The position numbers and the translations under genes were made by a program. Shown piece by piece: positions 10,591-24,400 of a stretch of DNA of 64,000 nt. The notes under the pieces were generated by a model that saw only the letters and a program-made list of their open reading frames with translations, was not told the origin of the DNA and searched no databases. Position 1 is the stretch's first letter; each line of letters opens with the position of its first letter. The stretch covers positions 1,674,968-1,738,967 of the forward strand of contig CAJFCJ010000009.1 of assembly GCA_904063045.1 (NCBI GenBank). The letters run 5' to 3'. Origin of the DNA: Dimorphilus gyrociliatus. Taxonomy: Eukaryota > Animalia > Annelida.

Positions 10591-12242
10591 TTAACTTGAA
10601 TCAAAATATTTTGAAAAGTCATCGATTAAGATTTCACCAATTTTTAATTGTTTTTCAAAAGTATTTGTTTCAACACTTTCGTTATCATTGAACGTTGCAT
10701 AATTAACTGAAAATGGATAGCGACAAGTTTCTATTCTCCTTGGTAAAGTTACCATTGGACTTCCGACAGTTGTCTCTAAGGTTTTAGGTTCGATAATACC
10801 ATCAATTTTTTTAGATTTCGAATAATTTGAATCATTTGGTACCACACTTGAATATTCATCATCTTCCACTGATTTTTTCTCTCTGTAAAAGAAAATTAAT
10901 TAATATTCATGATACAAGTAGCCATAAAGTCAAAAAATTAATTAATAGTAAAATTACGATAATTTATCTAGTGCTTTTGAAATATCTCTGAGTATATCCC
11001 GAATTTTAGATCTTTGTTTTGGGTCTTTTTTAAAGATGCCTTTAAGAATATTAATAGTTTCAGTTGAAACTGAAGGTTTGCTTAAAAGGAATAAAAATAG
11101 AATAGATTTTTATTTTAAGTAAAAATTTCATGCCAACTTACTTTGGAGGCTCAAATGCTACATGTTTAATTTTTCGAAATAAATCTTGAGGATTCTCATC
11201 CATAAATGGAAATTGGCCAAAGAGTAGTGTATAAAGTATTACGCCTAACGACCATATTTCACTCTTTTTCCCGCAATAAGGTTTACCGCTTAGAGATTCA
11301 GGACTCATATAGACGGGACTTCCCTTCTGGTCGTTCAATTCTTCATCTGACGATGTCAATGCTTTACTCAAGCAAAAGTGTATTAAAATAACCTTGTTTT
11401 GCTTTTTATAATATAAAATATTTCCCAACTTCAGGTCTCGGTGAATGATATTCTTCTGCAAATGATCAAGACATTGCAGAAATAAAAAGATGAACTATCT
11501 TTAAAATATATAATAGTAACAAACATTGTGAAGCTGTTGAACAATTAAGCAAAGTTCTCGAAAAAGGAAGAGAGCTTCCTGTTGCGGTAATGTTCTCTTT
11601 CCTAAGATGTAGTGCTGCATATTGATGAAAACACCGAGGCCATCTTTATGAGGCATCTCGTAATAATACGTAAAAGGATCCAAAACCAGGCTAATAATTT
11701 TGTAATTTTTTCCCTTGATAACCTTATCCTCTCGAACAATACCGTATTCGTGTGAAACACCTTGAACATCGCTTAACATTGAAAGTATTTGGTGCTCCGT
11801 ATATATGAGTTGCTTGCCTCCATTTTCATCTTTGCTTGAACAATCATCAGCAGATAAGGTTAAAGTCTGTAAAATGTCTTTATTTTAAATTTGTTACCTT
11901 TAAAGTATTATAATATATATGTATATTTGACTATTTTGTTTAAATAACAACCCAGAAACAATTGTTTCGCAATGAAAAAAAATACAGTAAAGCTATTGAT
12001 TATCAAAAACAATATATAACAGAGAATAGGCCATTTTGCAACATTTTTGAAAAATCTAACCTTAAGGGCAAAATATTTATTTGTTCCTATAGACCTCACT
12101 AAGTAATATTTTAGTGATGTCAAAGTAGATGAGTCCAATTCGGTAACTGGAAAATATAGCAATACTTTACAATAGCGGTATTAGCCTATGTATTTGTACC
12201 TATAAGAAATCTATCGTGTATTATTTTAGCCGAATTTTCCAT
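10591..12242 (-). CDS. STK40: Serine/threonine kinase 40 (pseudokinase), multi-exon
   Basis: ISLVLD, INMQHYILGKRTL, IIHRDLKLGN, HFCLSK in place of DFG, DQKGSPVYMSPESLSGKPYCGK and GQFPFMDENPQDLFRKIK. First exon MENSAKIIHDRFLI inferred from splice phase. Confidence 0.88.
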
Positions 12243-12557
12243 CTTTTTTCGGAATATCAGCGTAATTATCGAAAATATGAATAATTACTAAGTCTCAAAA
12301 CTTAGATGTCGGCTGCTAAATCAAAATAGCTTACTCTCTAATCGATTTATGTTCTAACCTGCCTTACAATGTCCATGGATGCCGTTACTGCTATTGGCCA
12401 TTTAATTCAAAAGAACTATTCACCAATTATACTTAATTTCGAATCAAAAAAATGTAACAAAAATAATTCTGATCATCTTTATTAATAAGGATAATAAAGA
12501 ACACAAAATGAATACCAATCTTTCGTAAATAAAATATAATTAATAAACAAGACTTCA

Positions 12558-14819
12558 TCAGTTACTCAGTGCTTTTCTCCAATCATCCATCGTATGATTC
12601 TCTCTCAATGTCATCGCTGCTTTCCCCATGAAATAAGCTTTGGACAGTTGAGATGGTTTTTCGTGGCGTACAAGTTTCTCATACATAAGATCAGTATCGC
12701 AAATTGAATGACATAGAACATGTTTAACAAATGTTTTGCGATCTTTAGTTCCAAAATCACAATCACAGCACCTAAAACTAAATGATTTAGAAGAGTCATG
12801 TCCCTGCAAATGATTCAGATATTCCTCATTACTTGATGATAGATGAGGGCACTTTGTACAAGTTTGCGCACTGGAATTGGAAGGTGCACAATATACAATG
12901 CTATGCTCATATAAGGGTATATCATCACAAATTTCCACGTCGTTTGTAGGAAGCTTCATGGATAGTTTGGATGCATTTTTTAGGGCCTCAAGAGAATGTG
13001 TGAAAACGAGATGTTTTGCTGACTTACTATGAAGTTTGATATGCTCAACCAGAAAGCGAAAATTGACTGCGAAATAGCTGCAATACTGACATCCAAATTT
13101 GAAATTTGACGCACCATGTAAAGTTGAGTGCTTCTCGAGATTTTCTTTCTTCTTTGTAGCATAAGGGCATTTCTCACAAATAAGCAACATTCTGAAGTCT
13201 TCATTATTATCGTGTAACTTTTTATGCTTCACTAAGTCATTGCGTGTTGTTGCCGAATAAGAGCAATTAGAACATTTCAAATAGTCTACACCAGTCGTAT
13301 TGTGTCTTTTGATATGATCGTTAAATATATCAGAATCAAGCGTTTCAAAGAGACAGTCGGTACAAATCTGCTTTTCTGTCTGTGGCATTTTTGTAATAAT
13401 TTTAGCCTTAGCTCTTAGTCTGTTGGCAAATTCTTTAGTATAAGCTTCTTTTTCTGCAAAGTCCTCCTCTTTTTCAGCAATTTCTCGCCTTCCTGTTCGA
13501 TTTTCAACATGTAATTGTTCGTGAACGTACAATGCGTATTTGACCTTAACATTGTATGAACAGTATTTACACTTTGAATAACCAGGAATTTTCTTATGAA
13601 GTTCTTTGTGCTTATTCAGCAGGAGAACTGTTCTCGCGACAAAGGGGCAATCAGGGCATTTCAGAATGGCCTTTTTAGATATAACATTTTCGGTACGCTT
13701 ACGATATAAATTTAAGCTATTTTTGGCTCTCCAACGGTTGTTCTGAAAAATGTAAGACATATTTAGTGAAGGAAAAACGCAACTAATAAAATCAAAACTT
13801 ACAGATTTACCACTTGTTGTCCATTCTTCTTCAGTTTCATTGAGATTTTCACTAGTTTCTTCATATTCAGATCCATTTTCGTCATCAGAAAAGCGCTTTG
13901 CACTCAAAACATTCTTAGAGGTCTCATTTGAAGAACAGTGTGACTTAGGTTCAGTTTTTAAGGATTTTAGTTCAGGAATTGCAATTTTATGAACGGATTT
14001 GCTATGTTCATCAAGGGATGCAAAATTTGAAGAGGTAAAAGAACATTCAGTGCATTTTAAAATATCTCCTGTAGTTCTTTCATTATTGGACGTTCTCATC
14101 AGCCGAAAGCCGTTATTCTTTTCTTCCATCTTATCTTGCCTGCTTTTGTTTAACGTACTGCTTCGGGAAAAATTCATAACAATCTTTTCATTCTCCGGTT
14201 CATCTTCGAAATCGAAACTCTCCTCTGCTGCTGATCTAAATTTTTTATAAGGATTTGAAAGTTTCTCCGCGTAATTAATTTCAGACAGTTTCCTTTTCCG
14301 ATTTTTTTCGGAATGTAAAATTTCTCCGTCACTTTCATCATTGAATTCACCTCCTTTGTTTTCATTTTCTATTTTTTCAGATGTTTTATTATCTTTTGGC
14401 TGAAGGTGATCATTGTACACATGACACTTTATTTCTGATAAATCATAGCTTGAAATCTTTTCACAGATCGTACAAACAAACATTTTCTTTACACCGTTAG
14501 TAAGAGAATTGTTATTAAGAGATGAGTTTGATTTGTTACTATTTGAACGTCCACGTGTAGTTCTCATTGAAGACCTTAATTGTTTCAAGTGATGCTTTCT
14601 AACGTGCTTTTTTAAGACAGATTGATATTTTGAAGAATAATTACAACTACTACATTGGAATAGGGAAGATCTATCTGTTTTTAAAATTGTTTTAGCTTGT
14701 TGATTGTCTCGTGCTTTTTGTTTATCATAGCTCCATTGTTCACTCTCTGTATTTTCTGAACTGTCACCGGATAAATCAGCACTTTCGTTTGTCGATTCCG
14801 GTTGAGAACATTCGCTCAT
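12558..14819 (-). CDS. C2H2 zinc-finger protein, 753 aa, 11 fingers, single coding exon
   Basis: Eleven CxxC-x(12-13)-Hxxx(x)H motifs counted in the ORF translation (e.g. CPDCPFVARTVLLLNKHKELH, CEKCPYATKKKENLEKHSTLH). The last eight occur as four pairs. Confidence 0.88.
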   Translation of the reverse strand: MSECSQPESTNESADLSGDSSENTESEQWSYDKQKARDNQQAKTILKTDRSSLFQCSSCNYSSKYQSVLKKHVRKHHLKQLRSSMRTTRGRSNSNKSNSSLNNNSLTNGVKKMFVCTICEKISSYDLSEIKCHVYNDHLQPKDNKTSEKIENENKGGEFNDESDGEILHSEKNRKRKLSEINYAEKLSNPYKKFRSAAEESFDFEDEPENEKIVMNFSRSSTLNKSRQDKMEEKNNGFRLMRTSNNERTTGDILKCTECSFTSSNFASLDEHSKSVHKIAIPELKSLKTEPKSHCSSNETSKNVLSAKRFSDDENGSEYEETSENLNETEEEWTTSGKSVSFDFISCVFPSLNMSYIFQNNRWRAKNSLNLYRKRTENVISKKAILKCPDCPFVARTVLLLNKHKELHKKIPGYSKCKYCSYNVKVKYALYVHEQLHVENRTGRREIAEKEEDFAEKEAYTKEFANRLRAKAKIITKMPQTEKQICTDCLFETLDSDIFNDHIKRHNTTGVDYLKCSNCSYSATTRNDLVKHKKLHDNNEDFRMLLICEKCPYATKKKENLEKHSTLHGASNFKFGCQYCSYFAVNFRFLVEHIKLHSKSAKHLVFTHSLEALKNASKLSMKLPTNDVEICDDIPLYEHSIVYCAPSNSSAQTCTKCPHLSSSNEEYLNHLQGHDSSKSFSFRCCDCDFGTKDRKTFVKHVLCHSICDTDLMYEKLVRHEKPSQLSKAYFMGKAAMTLRENHTMDDWRKALSN

Positions 14820-16250
14820 TCTTCCATTGAATACTTGATTTGCAACCTATCAATACAAAAATTTTTATAACATACATTTCAAAAGATTTATATAATTTTA
14901 ACAAATGTAACATTTATGTGTCAGATCTTGAAAGTGAAAGCATATATTTTACCTTTCAAGACAAATTTCAGATTTGCGATTGTTTAATCAGTTTTTACGC
15001 CATTGGCATAAAAGAGATTCTCAAATTCTCTCCATTTTCCAGCTTTTACTTTTCAAAAGTTTTCTGAAAGTAATATACTTGAAACATTGAGACAAAATGG
15101 CTGTTCAAAATAGGTAAACATTCATGAAAACAAGAAATTTAGCTTTATATAAGACTGATAAAATATTCTTCTATTGCTTACTACTGACTATCTCGAATAT
15201 ATGTATAACAAACTTACTTCATTTAACTTGCTAGTCAAGTTGATTGCAAGTTTATATGGAATTTTAATCGAAAAAGAGTACCGCGTTTTTCGATAAAAAA
15301 CCAAAATGGCTGAAAAATGATCGAAATCTGGTTTCAAATGGTACCAGTCTAGAGATTAAGATATATCTATGGGAATCGAATTATCCATGCAAGTTTCCAA
15401 TCCTATTAACTATTATAAATGGATATATTTTTTTTATTATTTCCACTTTTTCCTGCACCTTTGAACAATTGAAAACAATACTTTGCATGTTTCAAAAAAA
15501 AAAAAACATCACGAGTCTCTCGTCCAGCATCATCTTGAAAAAATTACACTTGCCTCTTTTTTTAAAGGCTTAAGAAAATGTAACAAGTTAAGTCTTTTCA
15601 CTTTTAAAAAATACTATAGAAAAAAATATATAAGAGAAATTACCACAAAAGAAAATTGAATAATAGGTTCAATAGCTCTACGCTTGGAACCTTTATAATT
15701 TGAATCTTTGTAACAGATATGAATTATTCAACTTTTTAAGTTTACTTTTTGAAAATAGGCATTCTTATCAAAAAACTCCTCTACTACAATCGTGGTAAAA
15801 TACTACCAAATGAGTTCTATAGAAATGATACTTCTTCTGAAATTCCATGATTTCATTTTTAATGACTGAATTCCTCTACCAACATGATATTTATGATTAT
15901 TATCGTTTTCTTTTTAACTTTTGCCTACGTATTGATATTCTTTTCATTAAAGATCAATTTTATGTAAAATAATGTGATTTACTGTATTTGGACGATACTA
16001 AAACGTTAATGTGAGAGAAAAGAAACAAAACGTACTGAAATTTTGATTAACCTGACACCTCAGAATCTAAGAGAGATATTTACTTTCGTAGAGTTTGGTG
16101 CATTATCTTATGTTTACTAACCTGATTTAATTGGTGGGTTGCCGTTTACGTGAAGATGAAGAATTCTACTGATAATTTAATCTGGTTTCCTGATCCGATT
16201 CCAAACTCTAATAGGATACCATACTACTGTATCGGCGTTCTGTTCAAAGC

Positions 16251-17926
16251 ATGGATATATCCATTTCTAATGCAAAAGAGTATGTCTCCGTCGACTACCC
16301 AGCTCTTATTGAAAATATGGACAAGGCCCTTCTTACTTTGGGTGGAGATGAAACTATTACAAAGGTAGATTGCTCGTTTTTGAAGACATTCACACTTTCA
16401 ATACGAGTTCAATATTATCAAACAACAGACATACAACAGCTCTGATAGATTAGAGCTTCGTTTCCGACCTAAAGACACCTTCTGCAAGCCAGTTTACGGT
16501 GACCGTTCATTAGACACAAGTCTCCTCCTAAAAGTGAGACGAAAAAAAGGATCAAAAGAAAGCGATGTCCAATCAGAAATAGTAGGAGTTGTAAACAATT
16601 CTTACGAATTTCGAGGTTAGAAAGCTTATTTCTTAGTTATCATTTATAAACTTCTGTATAAATTATTACTAAACCCTTATAATTTGTAGGTATGGCCGAT
16701 TATCAATACGTTCCTGTTGAAAAGAAAAGAAATGACTACAAAGTAATTCATGATGATGTAGTAATGAGTGATCTCCGAGATATCTCTTGGTTAAAAGTAA
16801 TACACGAAACGGAAATAAATCTCTTCGAATATTTAATATAAATGTTACAGGAAGAAAATAGAGCATCATTTATTCCACCTGCAGTCTTTAGTCGAACGGA
16901 CGTTCCACAAAAATATTACTATCAAAAGGATTTCAAATCCAAACTTCCAACAGATAAACCAACAAGTAAATTAATATATTTATTTGATTAAATTATATTG
17001 CGCAATATGATTATTAATTATTTTTAGGTGATGCTACAAGAAAACGTGAACCAGCCATATTCGTGAAATTTTCAATTGACAAAGTACCAGATGAGACAAG
17101 TCCTGAATTTAAAATATACGAAAAAGAAGATAAATACAAAAAATCATTAGATGAACTGAAAAAGGTTTATTTAACTATTATAAATAATAAATCTTATAAA
17201 TTTATTATTGTTATAATTAGCTCTTTAAAAAACAACCAATATGGTGCCGAAGCGGATTAATTGCAAATTGTAATTTGTCTTTTGAACTTCTAAAGCGTTT
17301 ATTGCCTGTTGTTGCGTTCCATTGGATGTCTGGTCCTTGGCGAACATTATGGAATCGTTTTGGGTACGATCCACGTCAAAATCCCGAAGCAAAACTCTAC
17401 CAAACCCTGGATTTTCGAATAAGAAAGCAATTAAATGTAGATGTCATTCCAGCCAGAAGAACTCACCGAAAACCTAAATCAGACTCTTACAAATTTAGAG
17501 TTGGATGTTTTCCCGCATTTAAGCAAACTTATTACCAAATGTGCGATGTAGAAGTTCCAGAGGTGCAACAAATCATTCACTCTAATGATGGAAAAGAAAA
17601 AAAGTGTACAGAAAGAGATGGTTGGTGCGAAGAAGATACAATAGATAAATGCCGTGACGTACTAACAAAGCATATAGAAGAACTAGAAGCTGAACAAGGG
17701 GAAACGCATTTCAAAAATATCCGTTAGTTATTTTATTTTTTAAATATTTCTTTCAATGTTCAAGTTAACTTTTATTTTAGGCCCAAAGCAAAAGAAAAAG
17801 ACCAGAAAACGAACGGGAAATACTGAAAGTTCAGAGGAAACATCTACCGATGAATCAGCAATAGAAGAAATGCAAGCCGCTATAAACGATTCTTCCGGAG
17901 ATGAAGTTGAAGAAAACCTATCTTGA
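16251..17926 (+). CDS. GTF3C5: General transcription factor IIIC subunit 5 (TFIIIC63), multi-exon
   Basis: VSVDYPALIENMDKALLTLGG, RLELRFRPKDTFCKPVYG, GMADYQY, FIPPAVFSR, QPIWCR and AFHWMSGPWRTLWNRFGYDPR...YQTLDFRIR, followed by an acidic tail. Stop at 17924-17926. Confidence 0.92.
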
Positions 17927-18485
17927 ACATACAAAACACTGTTATGTTTTTCTTTAGAGGAAAGATTAATTAGTCATTTTCTTCTCATTTTTTTCTTTGA
18001 AATGTATTATATTTCGACTCGAATTTCAGTTAAAACTTGTTTATTCCCTTTTTAAAAATTGTACAATATATCAGTTGTCGAATTAGGGATAATAGTTGCA
18101 AACTTATCATCAAATTCGTAATGATTAGATTAATTATTACTGACACTTTCAAATTAGTGTTAGATGGTTTAAAAGGAGTTCAAATAGTGTTATGTAATTA
18201 GATATTTTATACACAAAGCGCGACAGTTCGATTTTTACGTTATAATTGATCATGTGATAAAATATTTGAATTTTCCCCCCTAATAATTAACTACCTTCAT
18301 AATTCTAACGTCGAGATAGCATATTTTTTCAACAGTAGATGTATTTGCATTTTGTACGAAAATGAGATTGGACAATAACAATCAATGAGCGATATAGCAT
18401 TGTTTGAGTTGTTGTAACGATTCCTTCAACATTTTTTAATTCGTAAGCTCATGTTCACAACTGTTTATTAAAGAGTTTTTTGGAA

Positions 18486-21400
18486 ATGGAAAATGTTTTT
18501 GGAAGAGAAGAACAAGCTTCCATTGACCTACTTCTCACTTATATTTACAATAATATATCACTGGGGCAGTGGGAGTTAGCATTTGCTTGCATCAAAGAAT
18601 ATCATAGAAGACAGAAAAAATCTACAACTACTATTATAGATCTTCTAAGATCCTTATCAAAGAACTGTGAAGATGTATGTAATAGTAGTCAAGACAATTG
18701 GGAAAATGCTCAACTTTTTTCCTGGTTATGTGCAAACCAACTGCTAAATCTTGTGATTCACGAAGATCATGTAGTTTTAAAATGTGAAGCAGAGTTTAGA
18801 TTATTATTAACAGCAAATGGAGAAGTTCTAAAGATTGGAGAAGAAAAACTTAGTGAATTATACGCTTTTTTTAAGTGGACTTGTTCAAAAAGAAATTACT
18901 CTGTGCCACTACCCCTTTCCCCTGAGCTTCAACAATTGTTGAAAGAATGGCTAAATATTAATCCAAAATTTGGATCTGAAGTATTAAATATTCTAACTGT
19001 TGATCAAAAAAGAAGTGAAGAAAATAATAAAATAATTGAAAATCTATATATTGAAACAATACGGGACTGTTTAAAGCAAAGTCAAAGAGGAGCTGATGAT
19101 GACGAAACAAAACTTTATAGACTTATTCAATTGTATAAGCCTGAATTATCAAGTGAGAAATTCAATAATCTAATTCCAGAATTGGTGCTAACTAGTGACG
19201 TTGAGAGAATATACAATTATTTACTGGGAAAAGATGCTATTCTTAAACCATTCCATGATTATATAGTCAATCTTAAAATTGATGATAAATTTCAAGATGT
19301 GGATTTAACAAATGACGAAGCCTTTATATACGAAATATTAACAAAGCCATCAATAGAACCGAATGATTGGCTTTCACTATTTCATAGAATTATTCAAAGA
19401 AAATTCCATGTTATCGACATCTTATTAGTAAGATTTCTTTATATACTATATTGTTTATTTACAAACTAATTATTAATTATTTAAACTAATTAGAATACTA
19501 CCAAGAAACTATTTTCAAGTAAACGCGAAAAAGATTTAACAAGACTCTTCAAATCTCCCTTATTCATTCCATTACTACCAGTTACCTTTTGTTTTTTATG
19601 GCAAGACTGTAATTCTTTAAAAGATGGTAAAACTTTACTCGAGTCAATAGAAGATATGGTAATTAAATATTATAATAACTCTTTCTCTTTCATTATCACC
19701 TCTTCCTTTCAGGATTTGAATAATATAAGGTTTTCTCAAGTGTTTACTAAATTGAATAATCATATACGACTTTCCGAGAAAACTTATCAATTAACAATGA
19801 AATTTGACGATTCTATAGAAATTGAAAATAAAATCTTCCAACTGCTAAAAGAGTATTCAGTTCTGGGAGCCCTAAAGGAATGCTTTGAACTTGGTGCTTT
19901 AGAGGAGGACGACATTCTTTACGTCTTAAATCACGCGTATTCAATAGATGATAATGACGTTTGGGAAGCCGAAAAAAATGATGATATTGCTACTTATATT
20001 ATATATTTAATTATGAATAAGGTGCTAGAAGCTCTAGAGTTATGCAAGGACGATATAAGCGAAATAGATTATACGGAAGTTATATGGAGAAGGTTAAGAA
20101 GCGCTGTGGAATATTTCAAGCAACTGAATATTCATAAAAAAGTTTATGTACTGTTTAATATATTTAAATTATTATTCATTCGAGCGAATACAGCAGATTG
20201 TTGGTCGCCAAATTTAACAAGTACACCAAGAAGTTCAGTTGAAAATCTAGATGAACAAGATTCAATTACTTCCGATATATCTAATAAAGAAAGTGACGAG
20301 ATTTTCATTATCAACGAACTATTAATGAGAGATTTCTTAAGTATATTAAAAGAATGTTTAGCATTGGTTAATATGGAAAAATCGTATTTTGATGAAGAAT
20401 TAGAGCGTAATGTTGCTAATTTATCACATTTTATTAGCGAGGCCACTTGGCGATTTGAACTTGTAGGGAGAAAGGAGATTGTTTTATCTTCTATAGGAAC
20501 AAAACCTGTAACAAACATGGGTAAAGGTATTATTTCTAAAATGTTAGCTTCACCAGAGAGTTTAGCCGCTATGTGTATGCTAAATAAGGAAGTATATAAG
20601 ACTGAACAAGTTATTAAATTATACAACTTGGAAGATTCATATTTGGAACAAGAATTTGAATTTTCAAAGAAGTACGCCAAAACTATGAAATCGATTAATG
20701 ACGTTAGTCGCCCAACAAATTTCGCTTGCGAATCAAATCAAGAAGTTGACCCCCTATGCGAAATTAAGAAACTGGCTAGAAAAGGTCTACACGTTCTGGA
20801 GGTCACTCAACCTTTAGTAGAATTAATTGAGAATTTTCCACCATCCCTTTTCAACAATCAGACGTCATCTCCATTGGATAATGAAAATATTATACATCCC
20901 GCTATATTAAACGCTCTTGTGGCCTTAGATATTGCAATCGTTGCCGGAAATTGTAAAAAGAATAGTATTATTCTACTGCAACACGCCCAAAGAATTTTAG
21001 CATCTAGACATCAATCGGATGGAAATGATAATTGGCTTACTGAAAAGTTTCCCAGAATCTTACAACTATCGAAGCTTATTGAAAAAAGATTAGAAGCCGA
21101 TTCGGATTTAACTCAAACATCTAGAAGTTTATTATGTCAATGTTTAAGTCCAATAGACGCTGAAAATTTTGAAAAATATTCAAAATTCGAACAAGTACTG
21201 TCAGACTGCATAGAAAGAATTGAAAATGCTTTAAAATCCTATTCAAAAATGCAAACAAAACTTCTTATTGAACAGGCTAAAAAGACTAGAGATGAGGATG
21301 CCGAAATTATCTCACTTGAACCGGTTATAACGAAATCAATGGAGAATTTGGTAGATTGTCTTCAATCTTTCGATTTTATAAAGGATGGAATATTCTCAAT

Positions 21401-24400
21401 ATTTTGTAAGGAATTCGAATCATCAGGAGAATTTAGAGATTATCTAGGCAGTTTATTAACTCATGTTAAAGAATTAAAACTTTTAACAAAAGGAGATATT
21501 ACTGATCAAAAGGGAATTGAATATTTTACTGTATTGGACGAAATGCCAACTCAAATTCTTGGACGTTTAATATTTAATGAACAAATTGCTCCATTAAAAT
21601 TGGCAACAGTTGCAAATAAGTTAAATGTCAATTTGACAAGAGTACTTGTCAATAATTGCTGTCCGTTTGTTCCATCAAAGTTTGAGTTACCTAAGAAAAC
21701 TTTAGCCAGGATAATATTCGATTCTAATTATGAAAATAAGAGATTGGAAGATAGAACTAGTACAATTGTTAAAGATTGTCTTTTTCAAATTATTCAACTC
21801 ATGAAGAAGGATAATAAAGAGTATCACGATTTGAGTTCTTTGCACGAATTTTCGAAATCTAATGAAATATGGAAGATTTTAGAAAGAACTAAAATATTAA
21901 AATATTCTCAATTGATTTTTTATGATAAGGATGATGAAATTGCATTTTGGATTAATTTGCATAATTTATTAATATTTGAATCTATTTTATTCGAATTAAA
22001 GGTATCTTTTTGTCTAATTTTATGAATATTCATTTTATTGATTATCCATAATCTTTTCCCTCTATCTATCTTTAGAATTGCGATTCGATTAAAAGTTTCG
22101 AAGATACTCCTCTTAAAAGAGAAATATTCGATTATTTGTATAGTTATGCTCTACCAAAATACGGCATTCTCAGGTAATTAGTTCATAAATTTCATTTACA
22201 TATTCATAAAATTAATTTAAATATTTAAATGCAGCTTAGCCGAAATGCGAATGATTTTAAATAGCTTAAAAAAGAAGTCCCACTACGCCCTGCTGAATGG
22301 GAAACTTTCTGGTCCTGCAGCTGCAGTTTTCTCTGGGAATATGATTAGAAATCATATAAGAACTTTTATCGAAGAATATCTAGATACATCCATACAAGTA
22401 AATTCATCTAATAGAGTTATGAAAATTCCAGATGTTTTATACGAAATGATTGATGATATTGAAGAGTTTATTAAGAAACATTCATCAAAACTAAAAGTAC
22501 TATTTGATGATCCAAAAACGAAAAAGAAACAAAGTTCCTGGACTTTTGAAACGTATCAATTGAGTAGAGAAGTTGGTATTAAATTTACTTTTGACGTCTG
22601 TCAGAATAAGTCATCGGAGAGGAGATGGTCATCACTGCCAAATATTAATGAAAATTCTTGGGAAGGGTCAACTGGAGAACCGTCAACAAGTCCCAAATAC
22701 GCTTTAACACCACCAATTCTAGAATACTTGAAACAGTCGTCGAGCGTTGTTCCAACATTAGTAAGCTTATTATGTTCGGATGATCTTGACGATATTCAAT
22801 ACGATATGGATGAATCATATTTTGGTAACGTTTCTTCAGAAGAATTAGGTAGAAATGAAGACGATCTACGAAGATATAGATATAGAACTCTAATAGGAGA
22901 GTTTGATATTTTAGAACGTTTCCTTCTTGTACATTCCGCTCCTCTTATAGTTCATACTTTATCAAATGATCAAAGTAGCGATGTTATCCAGTGTATAACG
23001 AGAATGAATATGACGGAAAATGTAAGAAAATCATTCCTCTCTTCGAATTTATCAAATGATTATATTGAAGTTGTCGATTACGTTTTAAATAATGCTCTAC
23101 GAAAGGAAAAATATGCTCAAGTCGTCAGAATCATTGATGAACTATCACCTTTAACTATCCAAAGGAGATCTCATTATAAGACAGTTAAAGATGCTTGCTT
23201 AATTAAATTATTGCAGAAGAGTAACGAAACTGAATCGGCAAGAATCTTTAAACAGATTAATGACAAAGATTTAAGATCCAGAAAATTTATTAAAGAGATT
23301 GATAAATTTAACGATCCAAGGATTATTCTAAATATAATAAAATGGATAGGAGAAGATTCATCGTTCTCTAATGAATTTAGGAATACATTTCAATTGTATT
23401 CCGATATAATGGAATGTTCAAAAAACTATGAAAATTGGAAAGATATCGAAAAGGATTGTATTGATAATGATGAGGATATTCTTTGTTTATTACTTAATGC
23501 TGAGAAAATAACATCGGCCTATAATTTTGCGTCATTATTTAATTTATCAAAAGAATTACGAATGGTAAGTGTTAATTGGCTTAATTAACTATTTTCGTAT
23601 ATAAAGTATACAGTATATAAAAGATAACTTTAACTTAATCCTATAGAAAATTGATGTTAAACAAATGGAGATTATAATGCGAGAAGATCGCCTTTGGGAG
23701 TTATCCGCATCGCAGGTAAATCAATATTATATTTCTTAAGAAATCTATAGATTATCGTTTAAATCTTTATCCCTATTTCACAGCATCTTACAAGCATCTT
23801 TGAAAGAGATCAAGCGGTATGCGAAAATGTTTGTTATTATTTCATAGAAAATCTGGACAATAAGGAACATGCCGCTTTCGTAATAAACTTTTTAATTGAT
23901 TTTTTCAAAGATGATCTCTCCGAAATTGTTTTGGAAAGATTGCAAAAAACTTTAGAAGGATGTCAGGTTGTATACGGTTTAACGTACAATAGACGACTAT
24001 AAGTAACGTCTCTATTTGTCCTTTAAAGGCTCTACTATGCTTGCCTTTTAAACTTCGGCGATACTATGAACATCTTATAACTGAACCACTGTTAATTATT
24101 GAACAGTTGTTGCTAAACGTCAGAGTGCGTATAGTACTGTATATACAGTATACTTATTGTATATGATTGTATATTTAAATTATATTAATTCCATATAAAT
24201 AATGCTAGATGGATTGGATAGAAACTATACTTAAATCTACCAATTGGAGTCCTGAGCAGATAAGAATCTGTGATCAATTATTAATCGATTATGCTGGAAA
24301 ATCTTTAACAATACCAAATACGGATTCTTGCTCGGAAAGTGAATCAAGTAAGCCCTTTTTAAACAATTATCATATTAGATAAGTGTGTATCCTTATCTTT

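Noticed and set aside
15500-15960. Possible small spliced minus-strand gene (…YKGSKRRAIEPIIQFSFV), faintly like a DDE transposase RxxIE motif
   Set aside because: It can only be assembled by choosing among weak splice sites in very AT-rich DNA. There is no catalytic context, no terminal repeats and no long ORF.
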